A stretch of 64,000 bases of DNA from Perkinsus chesapeaki ATCC PRA-425 (lineage: Eukaryota; Protista; Perkinsozoa), in contig JAAPAO010000125.1 of the NCBI GenBank assembly GCA_013115145.1, positions 1 through 64,000 of the forward strand. The letters are read 5' to 3'. The notes below the pieces were generated by a model. The model ran no database searches, was not told where the DNA came from, and worked only from the letters and a program-made list of their open reading frames with translations. Numbering within the stretch: position 1 is the first letter of the stretch; each line of letters begins with the position of its first letter. Shown here in pieces: positions 11,776-22,560 of this stretch. Both the position numbers and the translations under genes were made by a program.

Positions 11776-13430
11776 ATGGCGCGTGCCGTTGCCGCTGCAG
11801 TCGGGCAGGATGTCGTCAGAAATGGAGCTTCCTTTCTGAAGTACACGGCGAAGTCTACCTTCACCAATCGTTATGTGAATCGAATCACAGACATCCAAGC
11901 TTTGGTTGGCGCGGTGCATACAGACTTTTATAAGAACGCTCGTGAGAGGATGTTCTCCAGGGCACCGGAGCTGATGCATTTCATGGCTGCTATGAGGCCA
12001 GGGGAGCTGGGATTGGTTTCACATCACTTTGCAAGGATGGGGTATCGAGAGAAGGACTTCTGGTGAGCCCTGCAGGAATAGCAGTTGATCGCTGCCTGCC
12101 GCTGGCGTAGTCGCCAGGTGTGTTTTGTGCCTGGTGCTGCTCCCCAGCAGGATCAGTGTTGTTTATAATTCTAAGCCGCGAGTTTCCTATGGTTTCAAGA
12201 TGGTATTTTTTTCTCAAGTTCGATTTTTCAATAGGAAGTCACCGGTGACTTCCTATTGAATCATAAGTGATTCAAGTTCCTAGTGATTTCAAGTTCTTGC
12301 ATCATAAGGATAAGATATCCGGCGAGAAATTTTATCTGCATTTGATCCCACTTCAGCCCCACTTACGGCCAGCCGTGCACCCTTTTAGCAAACACGATCG
12401 GCCCATGCTCAATGAGAAGGAATTCCTCATATTTCCCTTGTATTATCGTGAAGACCCCCTCATGAAGAAATATAGGCTCCCATTCGTATTCAATAGGGAG
12501 ATGTTTTTTCCTACAGCAATGCTCCCTCCTGTTTAATAAACCCTTGAGTTGCTACTTCAGGAACGAGGTGTCCCGGTCGGTTATGGAGTATGGCATGGTC
12601 GACCCGGTGGCATGGGACGTGGCGTGCGTGGTGAATGCTTTTGCCAGCATCGACTACTACGATGAGAAGGTGAGATGGTGGCTACTACACGTGCTCTATG
12701 GGCCTATGTTTTACCTCACTTCAGTGCATACTATTTCTGGCGAATCAGCTTCGTATAGTCGTCCCTACCATAGACCATATAACGATATCAGTACTGCTAC
12801 ATGGACTAGGAAGGCTTAATGAACCTAGGAAAGGTAAGCACCTGTTATCTTGCGCAATTGAACAAAGCTTCGGCTCTCTTTGCCCCCCCGCCACTGCGGA
12901 GACCTCATTATGTCTTTTTGATTGAAGTGTACCTAGCTATATCACTAGGAGTTCACTGAACTCACCGACTAGGCTCGGCAATGCCTCGAAAATCTCGGAG
13001 GTCTGCCTCCATCGAGGCTCGCCTCCATGGCAGCAGACCATCACAGATTAGCAGGTTACAATGTATGCTTATCTGTGATGGGAAATTAATCGCTTCTGCG
13101 ATACACTATTTTTTAGTTGGTCAACACCGCGGTAGAGTGTCTCAGCGGATACCACAGGAAGCCTTGGACTCGTTTCTGGATACCTGCGCCGAGTGGATCC
13201 TGGCTAACCGCAGCAACTTGAAGGTTTGTGCAATGGGACAATCGATGCAAGGCTTCGCCAAATTAAAACATTATCGGGAAGATTTATTTCTGGTAAGAAT
13301 TGGTTTATTACTGTCCCGCGCTGATCTCGCCGACGTTGGGGAACTTCTGCAGTAGTTTTGCGCTCACGGAGACCTATCAGTTCTCTTGAGATAACTTACT
13401 AATAAAGATGCAGTAGCTACGCGAATACAC
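11776..13430 (+). CDS. Helical-repeat (HPR/OPR-like) putative organellar RNA-binding protein A; 3' end uncertain
   Basis: MARAVAAAVGQ... N-terminus. Repeat-like units MRPGELGLVSHHFARMGYREKDFW and VAWDVACVVNAFASIDYYDEK. Confidence 0.5.
12227..12260. repeat. Perfect 34-bp palindrome with no spacer
   Basis: TTCAATAGGAAGTCACC|GGTGACTTCCTATTGAA. Confidence 0.95.
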
Positions 13431-13699
13431 CTTTTGCCGTGCAAGTTTGAAAAATGTCCAAGCAACAATGTCGATGTCTTCCTCAAAAATATTCATGTTT
13501 GACACAAGTGGAAAATATCGGGTCCAAGTTTGACAGCATTTGCACCAAGAATGACAATGAGCGCCCAAGTTTGGCACCTCAGTAGTCTTCTTGAAGTAGC
13601 GGCATAGGTTTCGAGGTCATTGGAAGCTTAGAATCGAGGGAACACGAGCGAGTATGGTTTTTAAACATCTACGCGTATTTTCTTTGGCATATCAATGAA

Positions 13700-15555
13700 G
13701 ATGGGACATCGTGGATTTGGCAATCTATATATTATATATTTGTTATTACCGTATAATATACGGTAATAATGAGTAATTATATAATATATCATATCATGTA
13801 GTATTTATATATTTTATGTATTATACACCGGATTGGGGCTTCCTGCAGCATCCTTGGTTTTCGTTGTGCTATACGGTCTCTGCGTATTGAAGTGTCCGCG
13901 AGCTCTGAAGGGAAATCTGTTAAGTCCTGATTTCTAGGCACTTGCTGAAGAAGTTCGTGTGATGGCAAAGGACTTCAACCTAGCTCAGTTGTCGATGGTG
14001 ATTAACTCCATGGCAAGAAGTCTGACGCACGATTGGGAGGCGGTAAGTGGGTTGGGAAAAGTAGTAGGTGTTCCTCCGAAGAGTTTCGGCACCGGATGAT
14101 TCGGCGTTAGTCTGATTGATCGCGTCTCGTCACAAGATATGTTGCAAAGCCTCGGCATTTTTGTTTCGGCGGATGCACTGGAAAATTCTCTCCGATGCGA
14201 TTGACCGATTCCGAGCTGTGCCTCCTCTTTTTGCAGGAAGAAGCGATATGTGTTCGGCTTGAAAAGCTATTATCCGAGATGGATGAATCACAGCTGCCAG
14301 AAGCATCGAACTACATAGCGGGGATCCTTACAGCATTTCTCAAGCTGGAGGCTGACTGTAGCCCGGCTTCTAGTTTCCTGTCCGCCAACTTACCTCAGGC
14401 CATCCTACCCTCGAAGCGACGATACTGCGATATCTTCCCCGCTTCATGCCGCAGCTTAGCATGACCGATATTGTTCTCACGGTGCCGACGCTGGCACGGC
14501 TGGTGCAAGTGGTGCCGCACCGGGAATTTTTAGAAGCGATTTTTAATGGCAAGTGTCGAGAGAATATCGGAAGCTATGAGAAGGAGGGCCTTGGAGGAAT
14601 CATGCTCACAGCGTAGGTATATTGAGCAGGCGCATATTGGGCTCTTATCTTCAAGGAACCTTCGATATTAGTTTTGTGCGTAGTTTCCTAGTTTGCGGTA
14701 GACGCAGCGTGTTTCTTCTTCGGTGAATGCATCGGCATTATTCGTATAAAGATTTTCGGCTTGGTCCTTGAAGAATGATCAGAAATAATGATCTATCTGG
14801 TGTAAGCATAAACGGGAGCTATTACTTGGTCTTTCCCTCTACATTTGTAAAGAAATAGGCATCCTCGACAGACTTGTCGATAGTTCTTGTCGGCAGGAGT
14901 GTGGAGTGAAATTTTGCTCTTAGGCAAAGGCTTGGCTTCACCTACGACGTCCAGTGGTGGGAAGATGCTGTCGCGCAAGCTACAGCAATGATACGCAGAG
15001 GCCAGTGGAAGGGGCTCACGGTGGCGGGCGTCATATACGCAGTTGCTCGGTGAGAAATGCGCGTAAGATTCTTGCAGTGTGGGCGTTTCAGGTTGGGCGT
15101 TGTCGCCGAAAACTCTAACGTGACGTCTGAGGTTCTCGGTGAGTTTAAGAATTTGAGGAAGAGATTCTTCGAAGACGTCTCATCGGCGCTGCCAGGACAA
15201 ACTGCTGACTGGTGAGTTGCGCGTTTGAGCGAGTGATCCAGTAACGGTTCTCAGGCATCCGAGAGCGGTTACTACACTACTGACAGCGTGCGTTAAGACC
15301 GACTACTGCGATCCGGAGATTGCTCGGGCTCTCTTCGATCGAGCAAAGGCGACCTTGCATCAGTACAATGCTAAAGATATTTCCCAGCTCATATCGGCAA
15401 TGGGCGTCTTTGAAGTTTCCCACCCCGAGCTGATTCGCGCTGTGGAGCAGAGATTCGAGACGCGCGCACTTGTCATGGACCCCGGGCTGCGGGCAATCTT
15501 CCAGACCGCTTATTCTAGACTTGGCCGACAGTGGCCGTTTCTGCATCGAGCGTGA
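13700..15555 (+). CDS. Helical-repeat (HPR/OPR-like) protein B; 5' end uncertain, may be continuous with A
   Basis: Exon peptides AKDFNLAQLSMVINSMARSLTHDWEA and LHQYNAKDISQLISAMGVFEVSHPELIRAVEQRF...LGRQWPFLHRA*. Confidence 0.5.
13743..13769. repeat. One-sided 13-bp-arm palindrome with 1-nt loop
   Basis: TTATTACCGTATA-a-TATACGGTAATAA in an AT-rich non-coding stretch. Confidence 0.85.
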
Positions 15556-15693
15556 CATGTGTTTCTGATGCTGCTCGTTGTTGGGTTATTAATTCGAAGG
15601 AGTTCTATCAACTGTCGTTCACCGTTGAAGAGTCCGTAGTTGCGCCGCGGACGCGCGGAGTTCCGAGTTGTCGTTTGGTAATCTTAGTGTTAC

Positions 15694-18149
15694 ATGAACA
15701 CTGTTGTTTGCCGTCGTGGCTTCGACAGTGCAGCAAGACGCGTATCAGCTGAACGCATAGCGTCTCTGCACATTTGGGTGCGGGAGTGCCACGAGCTCTA
15801 TCTCAGAAAAGATTCTCAGGAGGTGGGTTCACGGCCTTGGACTCGAACTTCTAACCCCTATCCCAGCTGGCGCGCCGGTCTACCGAGCTCTTACAGTTCG
15901 CGCGTTTTCTCCGAGGCCATGAGCTGTCTATGCTCACAAATCATTTCGCGATGATTAAGCTTGAAGACGACCAGTTCTGGTAAAGCTGCCTTTGGCGTCT
16001 CGGAATGATATTGTGGCACGACAGGCATGCTCTAGCCGGGGAGCTCGCAAGGAATGGTTTGCCCGACCCGACGCCGGAGGATGTGGCCCTCATCGCGGAT
16101 GCATACAGCAAAGCGCATTGCTTCAATTTGGAGGTTGTGAAGTGTCTTCTACTTGTCAGCATGGATTCCATTGCTCAGGTGATCGAGCTCATAACCCTAC
16201 ACTTTTCTGCGATAGAGAGCAGATTGGAACCCTACCCGTTGAGCGTTATGATCATGTCGCTGGGCAATCTGGTCGAGTATAGAGACGACAGTAAGCCGCT
16301 AGCACTACTCTTATGGCATTCGGCTAGTACTAGTATACGGCTTATTTGGCACGCGAAATCTCTACTTCGCTGTTGCTTCAGTTTAACACGGTAGGATCGT
16401 TATACCTGGTTATGCTTTCCACTAATTATTATTATATTCAGATCGGTTTGCTCCCCGTCCACGCGAAGGTTTCCGTTCGGCAGTGCGCGTTGAGGCAGAG
16501 GCCTTTCTCGCGCTATTGGAGATGGCTGCTGCGTGGGTTATCCGAAATGACCATGCTCTGTCCCCGTTAACATTGACTTCGCTGCTTCAAGGCTTCACTA
16601 AACTACGATATTCGAATCGAGTGCTCTATCGTGTGAGTGAGCTCGCCGTTAATCGCCAAGATATTGCTTTTCGTTCCTTTCAGAGCTTGGCTGTCGCTAC
16701 GCGGCTGCTGGCTCCAGAGATGTCGTTCGAGCAAGTTTGCGCTAATCTAAGCTCGTTCTCCAGAATGGACAAGCACGATCGAAGAGCAGTAAGTTCATTA
16801 CAGTATGCGAGACCAGGGCTGCCGAGTTAAAGCCTCGAATAGTCTGTGGTATGTAATAGACAATGTAGGCTTTGGCTAGAAAGGTGCATAAGCCTTCTGC
16901 CGGAGTCGAACCGACGACCTCCCGCTTACTAAGCGGGTGCTCTACCAACTAAGCTAAGAAGGCTCTGTGAAAAAGACTAGCATCGTTCAGATATCTGCTT
17001 TACTGGATCGACTCTGTACTTTACCCGAAGACGAGCCAGTGGACCTGGCCTTCTTACCACCACTGGTTCATGTCATTGCAAAGCTAGATCTAAGAGGTAA
17101 CTAAGCGTCATCGCTTCCGAGCATCAGCTTTGTTAGCCTGGACCTCAGACTCGAACGTGCAAAGGGTTATCTTAAAACGGCTTCCAGGGTGCATGAACGA
17201 CCTGAAGACTGGCGAGCTTATACGAGTATTGAGCATGTTGCCAAATGTCATCCACAAGCCTACCGAGTCTTTCCTTGTTGACATGTTTGGACCATCTAGC
17301 AGATGCCAAAGCGAGCTACGTTGCAGTCATGATCAGACCGTTATTAGTGTCATTGTCGAAGCGGCGTAAGTGTGCGGCTAAGTTCCTTCTCCCAGCGTTA
17401 CATCTTTAGTAATCGAATGAACTACTTTGATGATCATGAGTTCTGGGAGCTTGTCATGGCTGTCGTTTCTCGTGAGGTGTCCAGATCGACGTGGCACGTG
17501 GAGGCACGTGTAAAATGCTTTGTTGCTGTGGCTAAGCTGGACGCCGAAAGATATCCTGAAACGGTCCCAAAGTTTTTCCAGATGATGGAGCCTATTATCA
17601 CTGAGGAAATCCCTACGTGGTAAGCTCGTCTGTGAGCAGTTACTTCTTCGCGTCAGATCGTAGTATTATATGTCTCGTAGTTGTCCGTCTCATTCTCTAT
17701 TTATTTTGCTAACTCTTTCAACTGTGCAAGCTCTTTGCATATTATAAATTATTATTAATCGCAATGTCTCTAGTATCCCATCATGGGTCTCCCATGGCTA
17801 CGCGCAACTTTTGACATATCGTTGGTATTTCAGGAACCCCACTACTATCACAGGTCTTGCATGGGGTCTACTTTGGCGTAAAGTGCCATTATCGTCGACT
17901 CTGGCCGCCGTGTTCCGATACGCAATGGATAACATCGATAATTACGATCAGTCTGATATTTACCGTTTAATAAGGCTGATGGCATCGCTGGAGAGCCCTT
18001 ATCCATCCGAACTGCCTGCTCTCGTGAAATCTGTCAATGACCGGCTCGTCCAGCAGGGCTTTTACTTCACACCTTATCAATGCAAATTAGTAGAATCTTT
18101 CTGCAAGAAGTTTGATATTCATCTCCGTTCGAAAAATCCTGATGGCTAG
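15694..18149 (+). CDS. Helical-repeat (HPR/OPR-like) protein C
   Basis: Repeat-like units PTPEDVALIADAYSKAHCFNLEVV, PYPLSVMIMSLGNL, LSPLTLTSLLQGFTKLRYSNRVLY, LKTGELIRVLSML and YDQSDIYRLIRLMASL. Last exon is ORF 17811..18149. Confidence 0.6.
16891..16963 (-). tRNA. tRNA-Thr(AGT), antisense within an intron of helical-repeat gene C
   Basis: GCCTTCT-TA-GCTT AGTTGGT AGAGC-A-CCCGC TTAGTAA GCGGG-AGGTC-GTCGG TTCGACT CCGGC-AGAAGGC-T; complete cloverleaf. Confidence 0.97.
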
Positions 18150-18487
18150 TTTCTGCACCTTCATTGTCGTGTTCGCCCTGCATGTTTGCATGCATCAGTC
18201 AATTCGGTACACAAACCAATAAGAACAGTACGTAGTGTGACTGATCGAGAAAGCGACACCTACATCGAATTCTTCATTGGCATTAACGCATGTCCGTTAT
18301 CATGGAGCCATGAGTTATATCTCATACAGCGGCTCTGATGCTTGCAAAGTATGAAACGGACCGCGTAACATTTCCTTGTCTTACCTGATACCTCATGCTC
18401 ACTGTGTGGAGTTATCGCTAATCTGTTGTCCACATTCGCGCCTTGCGAAACACAAGCTTGTATCCATCACAGAAGTTGTGCAACCGG

Positions 18488-21478
18488 ATGACGCCAGCGA
18501 TTTCTCTAATCATACTCTTGTTCGCTAATCCGACGGTCACCGCTTGGTCACCGGGCAGCAGTGCTCTGAGCTGCGAGGAGGGCGCACAAGAATGGACCAG
18601 TTTACGGAAAGCACTTTATCGCTTATATTTCACTGAAGGTGGGGCAGAAAGCTCGAGAGAAGTCGTAGCGCTCACCGAGGAATTGGCTGAATACGCAGGC
18701 AAGAGATGGACCTCGTCAAGCCCAGCTGCAACTCATTGGCAAAACAACAGTATAGGTTCCTGTCCACTTGGCTATGTGACTGCGCGTTTGACCCTGGCAC
18801 ACTTGACAGAGGCCGATCGCGAGGAAATAATGGAACTGGTGGCTTTCATTGACAACTACGACACTCCGGACATCGTGTCATCTGGTAGAATTAGGACTCC
18901 TGAACAACTTCATTTCCTATCTAGGATGGCCGTTCTACCGTGCCGTGCGAGAGCTGAGAACGCGGTTTCCCGAGACCTATGGGAGCGCACCTAACACGAC
19001 CGAGTGCCACTCAGGAGTCGCTCCCGTGTTCGAGAGCTATCTGGAATCTGCGTTTATACGAAGAAGCCATGTTGGTGAGGCTGTACCCACCATACAATAG
19101 ACCTACGGTCGATTCACAGGCTCGTCGACAATTGCCGCGGTCAGTGGCTTTCTACTGGGTGTTAGTGTTGCTGATCGAGAAGAGCTGGCGTGCGGCTATC
19201 TCATCTCGGCAGCATATCTCGCTTTGGCGGTAGATCGTTTTCCCACGTTTGATCATCAGGTAAAATGTTGATTCATACCACTCCAGAATGTCATCCAGGT
19301 ACCCGAGCTTATACATTTGGCGTTCGATTCGCGGACCTCCATGTCGTCATCGCAGTTTCTCACTGATAGATCGGTCGAAGCAGAATTACTTCTGTATATG
19401 CTAGGCGAAGCGGAGCATTCCTACTTCACTTTCTTGGTATAACTAATACTTTTAGCTTGCTGATTTAACATGGTCTCAGTAGCTTTACTCGAACGCACTG
19501 TATACACCTTCTGATCCTTCAACGCGAGAAGCAGAAGCCTACGCTAGGCATATGGTCTCTGACGAGGGAAACGATAGGCCGAATTCACTGTGGGGAGCTG
19601 GCGATTGCTTGGGTAGGGGTTGAAACTAGACTTATGCAGTGAACACATACCCTTAGTTGATTTCGCTACTACGCCGACTGGGCAATGCAACCCATATGCA
19701 CCCATAGCTCATACCTTGAAAACGTGGCGCACCAAGGGAATCACGAGGAATGAAGTCCAGATGGCTTTGAAGCAACGAGCCGATCAAAAGACCATCCTTG
19801 TCACAGTCAAGGACAATGTTTTGTATTTTACTGTACCTGTGCACTCACATTACTTTGGACAAGTAAGAATTCGAGCCTAGCAAAGACCACGATTTTGAGA
19901 CCTATTACACTTTCCCCTCCCAGGTTACCGTGCATGAGGAGTTGCTATGCCTTGTCTCACACTTCCTCAAACTGTTATCGCGGACCTCACTTCCCGACTT
20001 CGAGCTCGCTCTAAACCACGGCGATTTACCGCAGATTCGAAAGTCCTTCAACAAACCACCGTTCCATCACTTCAATGATCGAGAGGTGCATCTTACCTGA
20101 TTTGAATGAGCTAGCGGGTCTTATTCCAGGCTAGTCTGCCTGTTCCACTGTTCTCGATTGCCACATCTGATGACTTCTGGGACATATTGTTCCCGAATGT
20201 CTGCAGACCGAAGCTAGTAAACATGTCTCAATCGAGCAGTGATGAACCAGCTTGGAATGAGCGAATTCCGAAGGCTATCTGGCGAGGGACAGACCGTGGA
20301 GCAGTGAATTGGTTCACTGGCTTCGACCTGGATGGACTCCACAGTAGGAGGTGCCATATCTGATACGGTCCATACAATAGCTGCCTGCTTCTCTTTAGCT
20401 CTCGGGTGTCGATACGAAGCATTTATTGCCAGGTAGTCGCTCTCTCCGGCAAACCGTGAAGCAGTCGGGCTCTAAGGAGTTGACTGATATTGAGTTCCTC
20501 GAAGATGATCTCACAGACTCTAGTGTGGCCGCTAGTGACCCAAACTTCATTCCAATGGACCAAGCATCTCGGCAATGGAAATATATGCTCGACATACCAG
20601 GTATATCGACTCACCATTACGCACCCCCCGTCCGGGCCGGACGGGAGCAAGACTGGAAACTTAGTGAGCCAGACGGTCCGGCTCACCAAGTTATCAGCCT
20701 TGCCGCAAAGTCAGTTGGGAGTTGAGAGGTTTTTTTTCACCGCATCCCGTACTGGAATTTGTCTGCAAAGCTTCGTAGGAGTCTTGTGTATCACTTACTG
20801 TATTCTCATCGGTATTTTCGGTCAGTAACTGAATTGTGCTGGGGTGGCCAGCCGCATACACTTGTTTAGGCAACGGCTACTCTGGATCTCTCAAACAGAA
20901 GCTGACATCTAGCGCTTTGGTACTGCCTGTACGACTGGAGAAAACCGAAGAGTCCAGATCCCTGTACGAGCATTTCTATGCTGGCTTGAAAGACAAAGAG
21001 CACGTGCTTTTGGTTACTTGTGACGATAGCGATTGTGATACAGATGAACAGGTCGGTGTAAGGTGACGAAAGCGATGGGCATAGTAAATATTCCATGGCT
21101 TTTCGCGTATATTTACCAACCCCAGGCCTGGGCTACTTTCGGCTGTGCATTTAACTATGATTACGTATAGACTCCGGTGATATGGGCAGTAGCGCCACTC
21201 AGGTTAAGCTAGCGGAAATTCATGGCATCGAGGCACGCGAGGCAAGTACAACGGCCAACAAGTTTATGGACAAATTCAACTCGTTCTCCTTCTGCTACAC
21301 CTGGAGGCTCATCCAGCTCTATGCCGAAATGCTTCAATATGATATCGGGAATGTCCCGCGCAACACAGACCCAAATATTAAGGTTCATCGATATGAACCG
21401 CAGCATGTGCCGACAAGAGTAGAAGAGCTGAAGTGGCAGAATTCATGCCTTCAAGACATGTATATAAGCTCTGTCTGA
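18488..21478 (+). CDS. Glycosyltransferase family 90 (CAP10 / KDELC-POGLUT-like) with signal peptide
   Basis: Signal MTPAISLIILLFANPTVTA. GT90 motifs LPDFELALNHGDLP, PLFSIATSDDFWDILFP, WNERIPKAIWRGTDRG, KYMLDIPG|NGYSGSLKQKL and LYEHFYAGLKDKEHVL. Confidence 0.85.
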
Positions 21479-21621
21479 TTCATGACCTTTACGAAACCTT
21501 GTTCGAGTATTTAAGATCTAATTGGCCGCTTGCTCTAGATTCTCTCGGCTTTATTAAGGGGACAAACAATTCGGTATACTGAAGGTTGAGTGATTCTTCC
21601 CCAAGGAGGGGTAACAGCCTA

Positions 21622-21766
21622 TGAGAACTGTGGGAATTTCCTACAGGAACATTCCAGCATTCTGAAGTTTTTGCGAGCTTTGCTCGTTAGTGATAACCTG
21701 TTACTAGCAGGTTATTACTAACAGGCAAAGCTCTCAAGTTCTGGTGGGAAACTCCCACAGTTCTCA
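21622..21766. repeat. Imperfect fold-back of about 145 bp
   Basis: Outer arms TGAGAACTGTGGGAATTTCC / GGAAACTCCCACAGTTCTCA (1 mismatch). Inner arms GAGCTTTGC/GCAAAGCTC and TTAGTGATAACCTG/CAGGTTATTACTAA. Confidence 0.85.
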
Positions 21767-21959
21767 CTGGAAATGTCTCGAGGCAGAGAGTATTACGCTT
21801 GGTCGAAAGACTCACTCACATGAGCAGGGCTGACGCCCCTTACTTACAACAACTTCGCTCGTTCGACTCCATACAGTATTATTCCTATTTTAAGAATAGT
21901 ATTTTTCTCTGTCGATCAAGGAGTCACAATTCTGAGCGGTACACCTGGGCCGGTATGCG

Positions 21960-22150
21960 GATCCTGATCCGCATGTGATCCGGAGAAAAAGGTCACGGAA
22001 AAAGATCAACGCACTGATTTTCTGCCGTGAACCTGATTTTTTGGCTCAGATCAATAAATTCGGGATCACGTAGCAGGATCAGAGATCAAGGATCATGGAT
22101 CTAGCTCAAGCATTTCAGATCACGATTGATTTGGCTCAGACAAGAAGATC
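21960..22150. repeat. GATC-dense block (12 GATC in about 190 bp)
   Basis: Counted directly; also contains ATGCGGATC-ct-GATCCGCAT and two TTTGGCTCAGA copies. Confidence 0.85.
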
Positions 22151-22251
22151 ACTGAGTTCGTCGAACTCTTGAAATGGCTTTTGATCTTCTATGCGGAAGT
22201 AGGGCAGCTGTATGCCATACACAGCTGTGCAGTGCAAGGTGTACTGTTCGA

Positions 22252-22273
22252 CTGTGGACTCCACAGTGTAAAG
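22252..22273. mobile_element. hAT-type excision footprint (decayed)
   Basis: c-TGTGGA-c-TCCACA-g-TGTAAA-g. Both diagnostic bases match; 2 transitions in the third copy. Confidence 0.55.
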
Positions 22274-22464
22274 TGTAATGGGGACGCAATGCGTTTGCAG
22301 AAGCAATGCGTACCGTTACGAGGCACCATAGTTGAATAAAACTAATACGGTCCACATAGTGGTAGATGATATCAGGTAATCTGATTAAGGTTGAATCTGT
22401 CAAATCATGCTACTGAGTGTAAGAAGTGCAGTGCAATTAATGCAACGGAGTCCTAATTGAACAA

Positions 22465-22560
22465 TGATGAACCAGCTTGGCATAAGGACATTCCCAAAGC
22501 TATCTGGCGAGACACACACATCGTGGAGCAGTGAATTGGTTCACCAAATTCGACCTGGAT
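22465..22560 (+). pseudogene. Frameshifted copy of a GT90 exon (paralog of 20240-20333)
   Basis: TGATGAACCAGCTTGG...GCTATCTGGCGAG...CGTGGAGCAGTGAATTGGTTCAC...TTCGACCTGGAT is shared with 20240-20333. A +2-nt change (CACACACATCGT) breaks the WRGTDRG frame. Confidence 0.85.

Noticed and set aside
22040-22140. TTTGGCTCAG strings as spliced-leader relics
   Set aside because: Only 8-9 nt of the roughly 22-nt SL match and the upstream CCGTAGCCAT part is absent.
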